From Azolla caroliniana (taxonomy: Eukaryota > Plantae > Polypodiophyta), in NCBI GenBank assembly GCA_043228905.1, contig JBHGNT010000012.1, positions 21,204,001 through 21,268,000 of the forward strand: DNA of 64,000 nt, in the 5' to 3' direction. This document shows, one piece after another, positions 23,701 to 39,100 of the stretch (the first letter of the stretch is position 1; every line of letters starts with the position of its first letter). Made by a program: the position numbers and the translations under genes. The notes under the pieces were generated by a model. The model worked only from the letters and a program-made list of their open reading frames with translations. It was not told where the DNA came from and ran no database searches.

Positions 23701-26700
23701 ACACTCCATACCAAGAAAATGATGGATTTTGGAGAATAAGTTGATGTGATGTTCTAAGGAGTTCTTACAAAGCTAACAACGAAATTTCACTCTCAATGTA
23801 ATTTGAGTGCTAGATGTAAATTGATAACAATTAATAATCATATCCGTTTCAACGACTTCATGATACTCTTATGTGTGCGTAATGTTCATATTTAATATAT
23901 GTATCTACTTGGCCAAATTTTAATGGACCCATGGCATTTTTCCACAATACAAATTGCAAGGATATTGGAAACCCGCTCGTCATTTGTCTTTTGGACATAC
24001 AGATATGAAGCATCTAACGTGGATGTATCAAGTACTAGACTCAACATCAACTTAAACAACTTGTCCCGTAAAGATAATCTGACAAAAGAAGGGGGTGGGT
24101 GAACCAAAGGTAAAATGTTACAAGCCAGTGAGTTTATTTGTTTTTATTGACTGCGTTATGCCAAGAAGTAGATGCCAAATACATTCAACTTGTGTATGAG
24201 CACATCATTTATATCATACTTAATATTTAGTACACTATACATGTGCACACAACTCATGCACTTGTTCATTGTCTTGAATCTTAAGTATAGGCATATAGTT
24301 CTCAAAAGGTCCCAAAACCACCAAGTTCATCCCTTGGACCTTATTTGTTTTTCTTTTGTTTTTGGCTTTGGTTCAAGATGAATCCGTTTCTTTTTGTGAA
24401 GAGTAATTTGACTTTCTTGGTTTTAATTTGTGGTCTCCCTTTGCACCCTCATCGCCAAACGAAATAAAAAACGAAAGGCAATATTCAAACAATAAGCTTA
24501 TGGATACATCTATACACAACGGAAAGTTTTGTGGAGGTTCCCAATCATCAAACAATTTCTACGGGATGAAAATTAGTGCCCCGTTATAAGGTATATGTGA
24601 CATGAAACTTTCTTCAACCTTTTTGTCGATGTGCTTGCATGCTTAATGTGACCTTTCAACAACCCATTAGTCTACCTGTTTATACAATAGGGATTTCGAA
24701 AAGAGTTACCTTAACCACGATAAGAGCATCACCTCTCACACCCACTAGTTCTAATAAATGTTTTAGATGTTTTGATGTGTGGATTAATTAGAGAGAGGAG
24801 AAATGATGCATTAAAAGACATAACAAGGTGAAAGAGAGCATCACATTCAATACTAGGTGTATGCAATGCTTAGACAACTAAGAAGAAGATACCACATGGA
24901 AACACAACTAAAATTTCGAAAGGCATTGTGTGTTGATTCACTGGTGATGAAGGATTATAAGAAACACGGTGTCACATGATGAAGAAATCAACAAGAGAGG
25001 AGAGAATGATCAAGTTGTTGATTCTTTCACATTTTCAAATAGTGTTTCAAAAATGCCATGTCACATGATGAAGGAATCAAGAAGGGCAGAGAGAAATATC
25101 GAATTTGTAATGGTTATTTCACATTCTCAAACAAATTTTCGTTTCTTGACATACACAGGCAAATGGCATATTTTGAGGATGTAAAATGCCTTTCGTATTT
25201 GATGCACAAGCAAGAGTGCAAAGACATATCGTGTGATTGAAAGGTAGTTTGCTTTGGTAGCTTTGAATGTTGAAAAATTAAAGGTAATTGTTGCATGAGG
25301 ACATCCAAATATGTGTTTTGGTTCGCCACCATATTCAAATCATGTGTTGGCCCCTTCCCAAATTGTCATGTAAGGGTACATGATCTCATATGGATCCTTA
25401 TGGTCTCTTGGTCTTGAGTTTTGAAAAGGCATCACCATGTGTAAAGTTGTCCTAAAGATTATTGTTAGTCAAGTAATGAGCTACAACTACAATACCTTCT
25501 CAAGATAGGGTATACTAGTTAAATAACAAGAGTTTCCGTTGTTCTAGAGGACTTCAACATTCAATGTTTGAAAAGGTGTTTCACGTTTTCGTCGATATCA
25601 CGAATACTGTGTACAACGACAATATCATAGTAATATCCATTGTTACCAATGACCATCCCCCCATTTAGGTTTTAAAATTGTTTGTATATGCTCCTAATAA
25701 AACAACACGTTAAAATATGTTTGGCTTATTTCACGTTCATTAAACGCTTCAAAAGAAGTACACGATTAGCATCTACATTATTTTGTTTAATTCGAATTGA
25801 ATTAATAATGCTCCAAATTAGACTAAGCGATTAGACACTTAAACATCGCGTGAAATTTAGAGGAATCAACTCCACTTTGAATTTCACCATGCAATTAGTT
25901 GTTTAATTGTTAATATCTAGAATTCATATTCAATTAATAGTGCTTCACATCACATAATATTGTTGTAAGTATGAAATCTTACTCATGTTCAATCAAAACC
26001 AGCAAGTGTAAAATAGATGAAATATTAATATTTAAACATTCCTACTTTCTTTCTAGTAAGGGTTGGAAAACAACGTTTATTCCTTATGTATCTATTTAAA
26101 TTTTAGATTATATGATGACATTTTTAAAACTACACACATTAGACATGATATTAACGTTTATTCAATCTCAACATTGGGGGTAGCTTTGAAATTACATGAA
26201 ATCCCACACTAGTCAACACTAGTTTTAGAACATTGCCAATAGAATAACATGAATCTAATCTACAATTGCATACTACACCACCCTTTGGGGACAGTTAATA
26301 AATTTGAAAAGAATGTGACGATGTCTCCCTTCCAATGTATGTGAAGACAAAATTGGACTTGATTCCACAAGTTTCACATGTATCTTATATATTTCTTTCT
26401 TTTTTAGTATGATCAAGAAAGTTGTATTAGAAAATGGATGATACATATTGGCGCCATGATTGGCAAAGCACAATATTTACACATTTTAGTGGGAGGAAAG
26501 CATATATTGTTGGTGGAGCGTGACTTATTGACCAGGTAAGCTTCAAATCCCAATAATAAAAAACTTCATATTGCATAAAAGGTTAGCAATTGATAATGTC
26601 TCGAAGTAGGCCATGATTTGATCTTTGACAACAAACATTTCCAGGTAAGCCTTGTTAGCATTTTCGTAGGCTTTTCCATATTGTGTATCACCTCCACCAA

Positions 26701-29700
26701 TTTTGCAATAATGTTATCTTAAGCTTGGCCATTGCGCTTTCCAAGTTTCTTATGTTTCGTTTCAACTTTCGAGACCTCTTACAACTCCTCCACTTCTATA
26801 ATGACTTGGGTGCGTAGTAAATATCTCAATTCATGGGTAAAATATTCCGTCATGTTGGTTAGAACCATATTACTTATATTGAGGTAAATTGTTGATACTA
26901 AATTGCCAACAATGGGGAATCATATCATTAACTTCCCCTAAAAGTATATTGTTTCTAAATGAAAGGCATGTTGTGTATGAATGCACACACCTTATGTAGA
27001 TTTCTTAAAATCTACTAAACTTTGGGCTAGTGAGGAACAAATGGAGAAGAGTTTCTTTCTACCTTCCATCCATCTACTCACTGAGAAGAAATGGCATCTT
27101 TTCTAACTCAATCACCCTTCTTGAACATGCGAGTTTTGTCCTGCAATGTAGCTTTTGCATGTGCTTTACTATATCAAATGAAAAGAGGAAAGAAATATAA
27201 AGTATTGGCTAATGTATGAGTTAAATGAATAATTCGTTTTCTTCAGTGGACCAACACCATTTGACCCTTAAATTTAACGACATCGCCTCACATGTCAGCA
27301 TAAATGTCCAAAAAATCACTAGGCATTGTTTAATTTATAGAACTCTTACATTAAACAATAATTGCCTACGAATGCACACTTGTGATAATTGGTGCTTTGT
27401 TTATCTTATAAAAAAGATGGGGCCTGCCTCCAATTTAGAAAAACAAAATGCAAAAGGGCAAGTTGCAACTCATATGGATAAAATGCAGAAACGTAGAAAC
27501 ATTTAAACGTTATTGTAAACTTGTATTTTCATGACACTTGGAAGTTTAGAGAACTTAAGTATTATGTTGCCGACTACAAGCTCAATGCGATTCGATGTTA
27601 GTAAAGGGAATGCCATGACAAAATTCTAAAATAATGCAAAGCAGTGGAGGCTCACTTAAAACATATGCGACAAATCACATTGGACATTCCCGTTTTGTGC
27701 CTTTGACATTATTAGTTTACTATTGTTTGTTGTCTTGTTATAATTCCTTTAATGAGTTAACATTAGTGGGCGCGCCTAAAATAAAATTATTCAACATGTT
27801 TCCATTGTGGGGCATTCAGTGGCTAAAATTTCAAGATTCTTTAATTGTTTTTTGACTATTTTTGTGATCAAGATTTCTCAAAGCATATGCCAAGTGTACA
27901 AAAGTTGTTGCAAAAGCAAACTAGAATTGATGAGATCTTAGAAACTTTGCCCAAATTTTCTATAATGTAGGGATTTTGAATTTATTTACCTTAGCACAAT
28001 GTGGACTTATTGAGTCCTCGAGCTTCCTTCTTGTTTTTAGCTAGTCAGTCACATAAATAGGATAATGTTTGATCTTGGAATATCTAATCTTGAGCAAGTG
28101 ACGCACAAGATAGAAATATGGGGATGAGATGATTCAACATTGGATCCGATTCTTAAAAGTTCATTTTTATCCAATTGTTGAACAATCTAGTACTCGACAA
28201 GTTCTGTCAACACCGTGAGAGTTGTAGCATTTACGATTTTTTATGCTTTTTCCTGTGCAAACTGTTCCCTCTAAACATATTACAATCTTGTTGATGGCCA
28301 AGACAATGAGAGCTGAACCTTAAAACCCCCCCTTCCTCGTGCAATGTTTTGTATTAGAATAATTATTTTGTCAGGGGGAAGGGGAGAGGAGGTGAAGTGA
28401 GGAAAGAAACCAAAACATTATTCTCCTATCATTCTTGTCATTATAATAACGTGTCAAGGTAACAACAATCTATAGGTTCCATTAATCTCTCTAGCTTCCG
28501 TAAACATACATAGAAACAAGACCTATAATGGGGGTGTTTGCATTTGCGGGAAATTTAATCTTTGTAATAGAACAAGAAAAATAAGGTTTTGGAAATTTTT
28601 AGCATGACAAAATCAAAGAGTCAATCGTCTTAGTATTATTTAGCCAACACAAATAATTGAAAACGTGCTTAGATCCCCTTCTTTCTTAGGATAGTGTCGA
28701 TATTCTATGAAATCTTGGACACATTATAAACATAGAAAATTCTACACAATTTGTTTAAATATATAGATACCTTGAACATTGGATGTGGTCTTTCAATATC
28801 AGCAATTAAAAATCTTCATAAAATTATGTTTTCATGGTGATTCTCTCTACTTCTTTTTTATTTATTTAAACAATGTATGGTCTAGAGCATGGAGTTGCGT
28901 GTGTGGGTCAAAGATAAGAGTTGGACTTAAACAGTTGTGTGTGTGTGTGTGCAACAGTGCAAGACTCAAGTGTTGTTTGTGTGGTTTGGGGGTTAACTTT
29001 TAAGTGGACTCTAGACTTGTGTGTGTGGGCTGAACTCAAGAGTTGAGCTCATGGCTTATGTATGGTCCACCGTTAGACAACTCTAGACTTATGTTTTTGG
29101 GTATGAGCGTGTGTTCGGCATCTAGGGTAAACTCACCAACATATGAACACTTATTATGTGACTAAGGGTTATGATGAAAATAACATGTCTCAACTTTCAC
29201 GAGAATGTAATTGTGTGAACTTAGAGAGAAATACATGTTATGCTAAGCATTTCTCTCTACAAAAAGAAATCAAGGAAAGAAATGTTTTTTAATTCATTAA
29301 AAAATGGGTCCAAAACATGTATATTGCGAGCTGTACAAAAAAGGTTCTAATTGGTTAGGATCTGGACCTCATTGCCCGTGCATAACGTACCTAATTTGTT
29401 TTAGTGCCGTAACTACAAAATGATAGTACAACCACTAGAGCTTATCTAGTAATTTACCCTATCTTGCACGTAGTTTAATTTTCATACTCTGACCACTACC
29501 AATCAACTTTACATTTTCTATTTTTAACATGTTATATAAATCGTTCCCAACTACTCGAAGAGTTTTTCAATGTGAATTTCTCTATGTTCTAACACCATAT
29601 ACCACTTGTTAAACGAAAAACAAGCATGCCCTATATGTGTGTGAGGGGATGGTAATGTTCAAGAAACCAATCGAGTTAGCAACTTCATCAATTCGACTTT

Positions 29701-32700
29701 ACCTTGTTTTCACAAACTCAAGTTATTCTATCAATGAAGTAAAGCTACATGTCAAACTTACCTCATAGCCACAACATGATGTTTAGAAAACTTGAGCCAC
29801 TATACTAATCTAACATATTACAATTACAAGTTTGCATGAAATGAAAATGAGCAATAGCCAAAGAAGCATCAATTTTGTCATACGATGACATAAAACAATG
29901 TTGAGCATTGTCTTAGATGGATTGCAAGGTGGTGTGGAGATGGACATGCTTCAAAAATTGTGTTCAAGATAGAAATTCACAAATCTCATGGTTAACATTG
30001 GTCCAACGACAAATATACAATAAGCCACTATGATCTCTTAAAGACATTTGTGGTGGAGTGCAAGGTACTGTCCACATGAATGCAATTTCTAAGGATGGCT
30101 TGAATCACCTTTTCTTCGCAAACCTAAATTAAAGATTAGTACCTTATATACCTTAACCATAAGACAAAATGGTGCGAGCAACATGCTAGACAACTTAGAT
30201 ACCTTATATGAGATCATTTGAGTAATGCTTGCACTGGCAAAATACTTGCATTGTATTCATTATTTAACTCACATGTTAATGGAATCAACAAGACAAATAT
30301 TCATAGTGGCAAAAAGTATAAAAAGAATATCTCTCTCTTAGATATATAACACTGTTTGGCTTGATCCAAGTTCATTCGGAAAAGAGTTTGCAATGTTATT
30401 TGTCGCTAGTTATGCAATTTTCCTAAGACAAAGATGCCTATCAAGCGTATGCCTTCTAACAATGAAAATTCATGATGACTAGAGTGGAGATTGGTTCAAG
30501 AAGAAACCCATAATACCTCCAAATAGGGACAATTAATCAATAATAGTACAATGAAAAGAAACATTACAAACTCTATTACAATATATTTATAACACATATT
30601 TCCTCAAGTTTATGATTCACACACACGTGTTGCATGCATGTATATTCGCATTATACAAGTCTCTCTGTACAATATGGACTCTTTCCAATCAACAAAAAAT
30701 TAGGTGGTCAACTTCACATTTGAATCGGTTATTTAGGTTTTCATTTTTCACAATCCATTTAGCTTGTTATCTCTCATGACATCATCAATGGCCACATTTC
30801 TGCCCAACTTGTTGAATGTTTAGATGCTACACATTATAAATATTCTTTGTGAGTTTCACCCACTTTTATGCTTCTCACAATTATTGTAGCACATTGCTAA
30901 AAAAAGCGTGCAATGTGCACACCAATCTATTTATACGTAGACTTAAGAGTCTATGTGATACCGTTTTAGAAATGCATTGAGGCATACAAAGCGCCTTTAA
31001 TCTTTTGAGAATTTCAAGCTTTTTAGCTTTGATGGAATACGCAATAATATATTGCCATTATCATGATGCTTCAATGATTTGGTTGTCGATGTGTAAGACA
31101 TATTATACATGACTACAAATAAATCCAAATATTGAAAACAAATATCATCATTGTATGGATCCTTCACAATTATTGTTGCTAATATTGGCCTCATGATAAT
31201 ATGCCATCTTAGATATCAACCAATTAACTCGATTACGTCGATGAACAATCGATTCTTTGATATGATTTTGTGGCCATCTTGATAAGGCTATTACAAGATG
31301 TAGTTAAAAAAAACAAAGGAAAATGATTACAAGTATGGGGTAAGTGTACCTTAAGCCAAAGGTAAAGCTTAGCCGACTTTACTAGATTAGAATGAGAATT
31401 TCGTGATAGACATAAGAAATAGGTTATTTTGTGATAGGAACTAGAAATATCTTGTCATGTGGACCCTCGATAATCCTTTGTAACTCCTCATTTTGCTAAT
31501 TTTATAAGCTCCCCCATTTAGCTAAACTTAGGTTCACAACAACATGGCCCAAATTATTTCTCTTCTATGTATGTCATGGGAGTGCGTTTTTTCCACTCCC
31601 CTTTTGCTAGTTTAAGCTCCCCTTTTTGCTATTTAGGTAAAAAATCAACTAGTGTGGCTTGTTTGCTAAATTAGACACTTAGATCACTTGGAGAGATTTC
31701 CAAAAAGGCAAAACACACAAAGAGGTTTGCATGGGGCTTGGTCACATGAAGGCTTGAGGCCACAAGGGCAACAAAAGAAGGAGATTTCTCTCTCTCTCTC
31801 TCTCTCATAGATGAAAATTTCTCCATTTTGCTTGGTCAAACAACTACTCTTCCTAGAATATCACTTGCATATGAGACAACCTTGCATTTGAAATCCTTGC
31901 AAAGAAACCTAAACATGAACTATATGTTATGGGATTTCAACATAGGGAAACCTTTAAGATGGTACACGGATATTTGATTTCGGAATGAAGTTGAGGCGAT
32001 CGACGCTCATTTTGTTTAGTTGAAATTCGTCACGAAGATTTTGTGGGGAGAAACGACATTGGAGCTTCATGATATGAAGGGAAACATGTCCTTTAAACAG
32101 ATCCCAAAATGGAGTGTTTGTCGTTGGTGCTCCATGAATTTCAAATAATGCAGTTAAATGTTTAAATTTGGCGAAGGGTTAGATGTGGGTTTCATATATC
32201 TAACCCGCTATTTACGAGGTTAGATAATTATTGTTGGGTTAGTTTGATAGCATTAGAATATATAACCACTATGCTAGAAAAAATTAACCAGCCAAGAAAT
32301 GACAAGCCTACGCCATTGCACACTTTTACAAGTCTACTTGATCTAGTGGTGCAAATTTAAGAGGGATCTCGAATCATGCTCTAGAACATCCATTGCATAG
32401 ACCACCTTACTACCTCTAATTCATATTTTGTTGCAAATAAACACAAGTTTTTCCTCCCCTTTTGAACACACAAATGCACCCAATCCCACATTTTTTACAC
32501 ATGCTCCTTCCCCTTTTCTTAAAGAAGAAAATGATAATTCTTCCCCTTTGATGAAGTTGGCAACGAACTTTTACATTTGTCTCTTCGTTATTCTATCAAG
32601 TGCATGCAAATATGGTAAAGTCTCTTTGTAAATTAATTGGTAAGGTTTCATTGTATGTAAATGATCAGAGTTTGCTTTAGTAGTATGCCTACGTGTTAAA

Positions 32701-34800
32701 GGCTCAAGAGTGATTAAGACTAACTATCACCTGTCTCGAAAACAAGAGGGTAGATGGTGGTATGCCCCATACACCGACCTTGAGGTGGTTCTAAAAAAGA
32801 ACACTCAAGAAAGATACAACTTTTGGTCACGACACCAAATACATTGCATTAAACAGGTTTGACCTATTATCCATGCAATTGCCTCAACCAAATTAAATGA
32901 TTTCAAGGGCAATGAAGATGGAAATTTCTTGAGCTTTGAGAAGAAATCTATGGAACTTGCAAAATGCTCATGTAGGATAAGTGTACAAATAACAACAATA
33001 ATATACAAAGTCAATTAGAAGTTAGAACATGTGTGCTACATTCAAATATCACAACATAGAACCTCAAGTGGAGGCTCTCACACCACAAATTGCACCATAG
33101 ACTAAACAGAATGTCATGAACATCAAGCCATTTTGTGTTAGGACATAAATAAATTCTCAAGAAAGTGATTAGGGGACTGATATAGAGAAATTTATGCACG
33201 TGACTTAATTAGAGTTGTCACTTACAATATTAACTAAATATGAATCACAACCACTCCAAGAGAGAATTTACCCACCCAAATGATAGATATTAACTGAATG
33301 TAGAATTGATTTCCATTGCTAAAATGTACATGTTAGAAGAAGAGATACGCCATAAGGACATTGTGGCCCCTAAAAAAGAGTAAAATATAATGTCTAATTT
33401 GTCAATGGAGACCAATCACTCAAAGAGATTGGAGGATGTCTTTGCTGAATGTGGGTTGTGTGAGGCTCATGTTGAGGGGATTCTGTCGAGTAATACTATG
33501 TATGCTGAGGCTTTGTTGTTTCCTTTATACATGTTGTTTTCTTGTAGCCATGCAAATTGGCTTGTAACATATGAGTTGTATATTATCCTATGTACTTTTT
33601 CTTAACTAATGGAGGTAGTATTTGTTTTTTTTTGGAAAGAAAGAAGAAAGAATTGACAATGGGTGGATCAAGCAACCGACACAATGAAGATAACCTAATA
33701 AGATCATGTGACTGACCTAACCTTTCTAAAACCCAATTGACAAGGTTACTTGCTAGAATGCAAATGTTAAAGAAGCCTTATTATGGCAAACATTGTCGAG
33801 CTTCATTTCTTGCCACCACATGGCCTAGGTGCCACCATGGCTACTATAGATCTACATGAATATTTTGAGGAAACCATCACATTGCCCAAGTACCTAAAGG
33901 TAGTTGATCTCACTCCTCATTGCAACTTGCTCTTCCTTTGTAGAGTGCAAGAATTCTACTGTGACCTTGTATATAATCTAAAAGTGGCCATCACTTGAGT
34001 GATCCCATACAATGTGACATAGTAGAAAAATCTTGATAGCATGTGACAATTTGAAAGATGCCCCAAAGGCCATGAGGGGTAGAACGCCACTAGAACACCA
34101 CCACCTAGAGAGTAGGTGTCAAGTGTCATGAGCTGAAGCCAAAAACTAAATTGAATTAAGAAAAAGCAAGAAAAAAAGGGAATTTGAACAAAGAAATTTG
34201 TATTAAGCACAAGGACAATATTTAAAAGAATGGATTAAAGATTGTCATTGAACCAAAATGGTTCAAACAATCTCCTCTCCTGAATATATAGTACATCATT
34301 GTGTTATGCATGGTCCCCACTCGACTATAAGATGTATTATAATTGTTGATCATGCACATATGAAAAGATTCATAATACAATGTGTTGTAGGAATGTATAC
34401 TATAGAGTAGGTCATGTATTTGAGTCCCCCCAACCCAAACTTCAGTGTCATGACACCACCCTTTTTAGATGATGAGTTCCAATACAAGTTGCAACACATG
34501 AACTAGGATTGGGCTTATTAGGATATTGGTGATGAGATTCAGATACAAGTTTTGTAGAATTGGTGAGATTCTTGGTAGGCATCTTGAAACATCATTCCAA
34601 TGGATTTTCCTACAAATAATGAAATATAGAGCTTTGGACCATCCTCCATTACTATTAACTCCTCCAAGTCTTAACGTAGCCGGGATAAGTTCCACCATTC
34701 AAGATACCTCCATCATCCACCCCACACCATTCATGTTAGATTCAACATAAATGTCTAGCAAGAGTTTGGCCTCTATCCATAGATTGTGATTAGAAGGAAC
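20800..34800. mobile_element. Region of very old, unresolvable LTR-retrotransposon remnants
   Basis: Scattered decayed motifs: copia-like IDNCG (~23430), HTPYQENDG (~23700) and DVKxAF (~25180); gypsy-like SWRQYV...FLDH (minus, ~26410-26460), PLWGIQW (~27800) and TFVVEC (~30045). No long ORFs; boundaries cannot be placed. Confidence 0.4.
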
Positions 34801-36172
34801 TTGAGAAGCGAAAAGAAAGCATAAAACAGAAGATTATTTTCAACATACACACGCACAATCTGTCTCTCCCCCTCCCTACCCTCCCCCAACTCAACAATGT
34901 CTTAGTTGGCCATGCTACAATGTGATTTCCAACTAATCTATTACCACTAACAAATAGTTGCTAAGACATATGTACCAAATACGATGATTCAAACTTCTTG
35001 CTCCTTGCGACAATAAGATTGCATCTCAAAATCTTGAATGTTCACCTAGCAAATACCACTCGATTATAAAAGACCTTTGCGTCGAATTCCTCCAATCAAG
35101 CAAGTATGGAAGCGGCCGTAAAGCAAACTTAGACACTATCCATCTTCCATGCATCCTAGTGAGATTGCGCTACCTACCCGGTCAGTTCCTAAATGAACAA
35201 ACACCAAGACACCACAATATGTTGTATGCCCTTTGTCACAACATGCCTAAGGTGGAATCCCTGAGGACCAATTAGGCTGTACAAACAAGGCGATCCGCGG
35301 GTTCACCATGGAATCTTGGCAAACTAACATAATCATAATGGACTTCACTAGCAAAATCTTGAATGTGAGTGCTACATTCCTGTTTTAATACATTTCTCCA
35401 GTGTTTCAATACATTCCTGACCGGCGTAGAGACTTCTTCTACGGTTGAATATATAATGACTGACTTTAATCTTTACTTAGGACCATTTATTTCATCCCAC
35501 AGGGTATCACACCAAAGGCCATTTTCCTTATCTCAAAGTAAACAGGAGAAGTAAACCATACTTTAAAATGAGCTAAACATATTCCAAACCTCAATGCTAG
35601 ATACTGGGGTAGATCTTGCAAAGAGATGGTTTACATTATCTAAATGCCACTTATCCTACTAATGAATGTGATGAAAACATGAAAACACAAAAGAGAACTT
35701 GCTACAACAATGCCAAAGATGTGACACATTATGTAAGATATTGCAATCAACTAGATAATTATGTATATATATGTGTGTTAAGAGAACATTGTCTCTCAAT
35801 GCTATCTCAAATTTACATCACATGAATTTCGGAGAGTGAATACAACCCGCATAATCTGTGAGAGGAGAAATAGAGAGACAGTGACAACCATACAAGGATC
35901 ATTGTTGGTAACAATATAAAAGTGCATCCTTTTTTGCCACAGTTTGATGTGATGCCAAAGTAAAAATAGAAAATGTTTTGTCTTAGCAAGCTAACTTTAC
36001 ATCAATCATATATGAAGCTGATCTTGATCAAATGGTTTTCTGAATCAATGAATCCACAATATCTTTTGGTTAGAAATTCAGCATATGGCTGTCACAATCT
36101 CTTTAGCAATCTAATTCGTTGTCTAAATGTAGACAATTGGTATGACTCTCCCATACAGACCTCTCTTCCTCT

Positions 36173-39100
36173 CTATGAGAAAAGAATTTCAAATTCGCTG
36201 AGGCGAAGATTTTGTTTGTCTGACCTGATGCAGCCCGCAACATCAGTCACACTGTTCTTTCCAGCTTTTGTTCTGTACATGTTATCACAAGAATTTTATT
36301 CATATCAAACTTTAATCTATGCTTAGGCACATTATAAGAGGGAAAAAATCATCACATAAGTCTCGTCAAGAGATTTAGGAGATTTTTCCTATCACTTTTT
36401 CTTTAGAATTTGCAACAAACCTGGAGGGTTCTGTAAGTTCTTGTGTACTCAAAGGCTTTGATTGGAATGTTCGACGATTTTGTAAGAGCTTCAAGATATT
36501 CGCTTCTACTGAGTCTGCTACATATAGCCTAAAATGTTTTCAAGCCGAATTAGGTCTTTGATGTGCAAAAAGAAGAAGATTATTACCTTCGACATTAGTT
36601 TTTTTTACCTTTTAATCACAACTGGTCTCTCTTGGCCCATTCTCCAACATCTACCAACAGCTTGCTCTTCAAGCTGTATACATAGACATAAAGAGTTAGG
36701 TATTTAAATATAGGTTGAACTATATAAAAGACAGGGTTTTTTCACAACTTACAGCTGGGTTAAGACAAGGCTCCAGCTGTTTGCATAAAGATAAAACAGA
36801 AAAACATGTCAGCCATGGAAGTTTACAATGCCATAATGATCTACCGTGATTTCTTCCCAGTTGTAAACTGTAATATTATTTTCTATGGATGCGTTTTTTA
36901 GAATGTGCAAAATGATTATGCTTATCTACTACACGTAGAGTTTGCATAATTCAAATGATTTTGGAAATCCGCATACTCTCTGAGAATTTTCTTGAATCCA
37001 AATGCTCAGTAAGTATGCATCAGCCTGATAGCAGTCAAAGACTTAATGTGAATGCAAGTGATTAACAATCATTTTTTTGATTGAAAATCCTCAATCAGTG
37101 TACCTTCGATGTATGTGTTCAATGGCTTCAAAGGATGCATTAGATGAGATGAATGCACATGCTAAATGGCAATTTATTCGAACATAGATCCTCAATGAGT
37201 ATGCATCGAATGAGTTCATTTAATGACATAAAAGGCCTTATGTCTCTCTAGTGTGAATGAATCTCATACCATGTAAACATGAGATGCTGCAGTGAGAGTT
37301 AAACCTACAGCACCAGTGCGAATAGAAAGCAGAAATACTGTTGTTGGCGGATCCTGGAAGTAGCATTAACGAAAAACATATAATCAGGTGCTGGTAACTG
37401 CAATGTGATGAATTCAGTAGTTGAATAGCTTTGTTTGCATGACAGAGGGAATAAGGTGTTCACCTTTTGAAAGGCTTCAATTGCTTGTGCCCTTTTCTTC
37501 ATGGGCATGTCTCCACTGATGAAGCGGTAAGTTATTCCTTGGTTTTTGAACTCATTCTTCAACCATGCAATTGTCTGCGTGAATTGACTAAATATGAGAA
37601 CCTGCAGATTACAGGTTTTCAAAAACAATCTTAGTAAAGGTGTAAAAGATTCATTAAAAAATGTTATTACATGCTAAAGCACAATATGAATTCAAATGAT
37701 TTCTTTTAGATTCTACATATTGATATTGTAAATTTCAAATATGTTAATGTGGTGTTGTGGTAACTCTTAGGTTCCAAACTCTTGCTCAGCACCAAACTTT
37801 GAATGCGTAGTTTTAAAACGCCCCAGGATAATAAAACAGTAAAAAATCTTGGGACACACATAAATATATAGTTTGATGTTGGGTTTCAGTCTAGAACATG
37901 CATACTATCAGTTTGCCCCTAAATTGACATTGATGATTTGTCCACAATACAAAGAACAATATTTTATTCTAGGAATCATAAAAACAGTACCTATCTTACC
38001 TTTGCTCCTGAACTCTCTTCCCTTACTTTAGCCAAATCTGCCAATAAGGTCTCCAATTTGGAGTTCATATGGACACCTGTCACTAGTCTTTCATCACATC
38101 CATTTCCAGATGAGGCGGAAGGAATTGAGAAATCAGTTTCAAGCAATGGCAATCCTGATGGCTTATCAAATATTTCGAGTTGCTCTGATTGTAGAGAACT
38201 TTTGCAAGTTGGACACGATAGAGTTCCAGCTCCTAAGACTGACATAACACATTCCTGGCAAAACCTGAAATAATCCATATTAGGTTCATGATAGTCAGCA
38301 ACTGTATAGGTTCATTATCAGGGCCTAAGAAAAGTACCATATAGAAACAATGGAAAAACTTCAGTGTTTGACTAATGGTTGCTAGAAATAGCAAAAACTT
38401 CCGATCATCCAGGTAATAAAGAATAAAGACCACAATGTCCAATGAAACTAAAAAAGATACTACAGACACAGAAACTAGTGGCTAAAATCTATCCACGAGA
38501 TAAAACTGTACTCTTGGTTTTCAAGAAAGGAGAAATAAGTTTTGGTAAACGGAGGAGCATAGGCAACTAATCGGAAGAGGAAAATGTAAGAGTTGGCTGA
38601 TGAGGCAATTCAGAAGTACCAGTAGTATTGTCCTTTTGGGTAGCTAATAAAGGCAAATTTGATAAGGAAGATAAAACAAAAAAAATGAAGAACCATATAC
38701 TGACGTCTGTTAAGAGGTCAAAATGTCGTATGAAACAGAACCTTATAAATATAAGAGAATTTTAGTATCATCTTGGAGAGGAAGAGACCAAAATAAATAA
38801 AGGCAGAACTACAAACCAGTGTTTGCATGGAGTTCGGGTAGGGCACTCCATAATTTCAAAACATATTCCACATTCAACCTCTAGTTGTTCCCCTTCCTTT
38901 TCCTCTGTAGGGGATATCTTTCCACTGTCAGGGCTTGAATCAAATGTGGCAGTGTTGTTTTCCCTCTTTACATACTCCATAGCATGAAGCTCAACTTTTG
39001 ATATGAAGCCACCACTACAAAGTCTGATTTTTTAAAATGCCCAAATCAATACCAGAAGAAAACATATTCTAATAGACGATATTCTTTTGATTTATGTTTC

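Noticed and set aside
28880-29120. Degenerate CTAGACTT-GTGTGTGGG-CTCAAGAGTTG repeats
   Set aside because: Too decayed to define a unit; likely TE-internal low complexity.
34860-35380. Possible solo LTR (GCTACA ends, CAAAATCTTGAATG repeat)
   Set aside because: No matching TG start or TSD identified.
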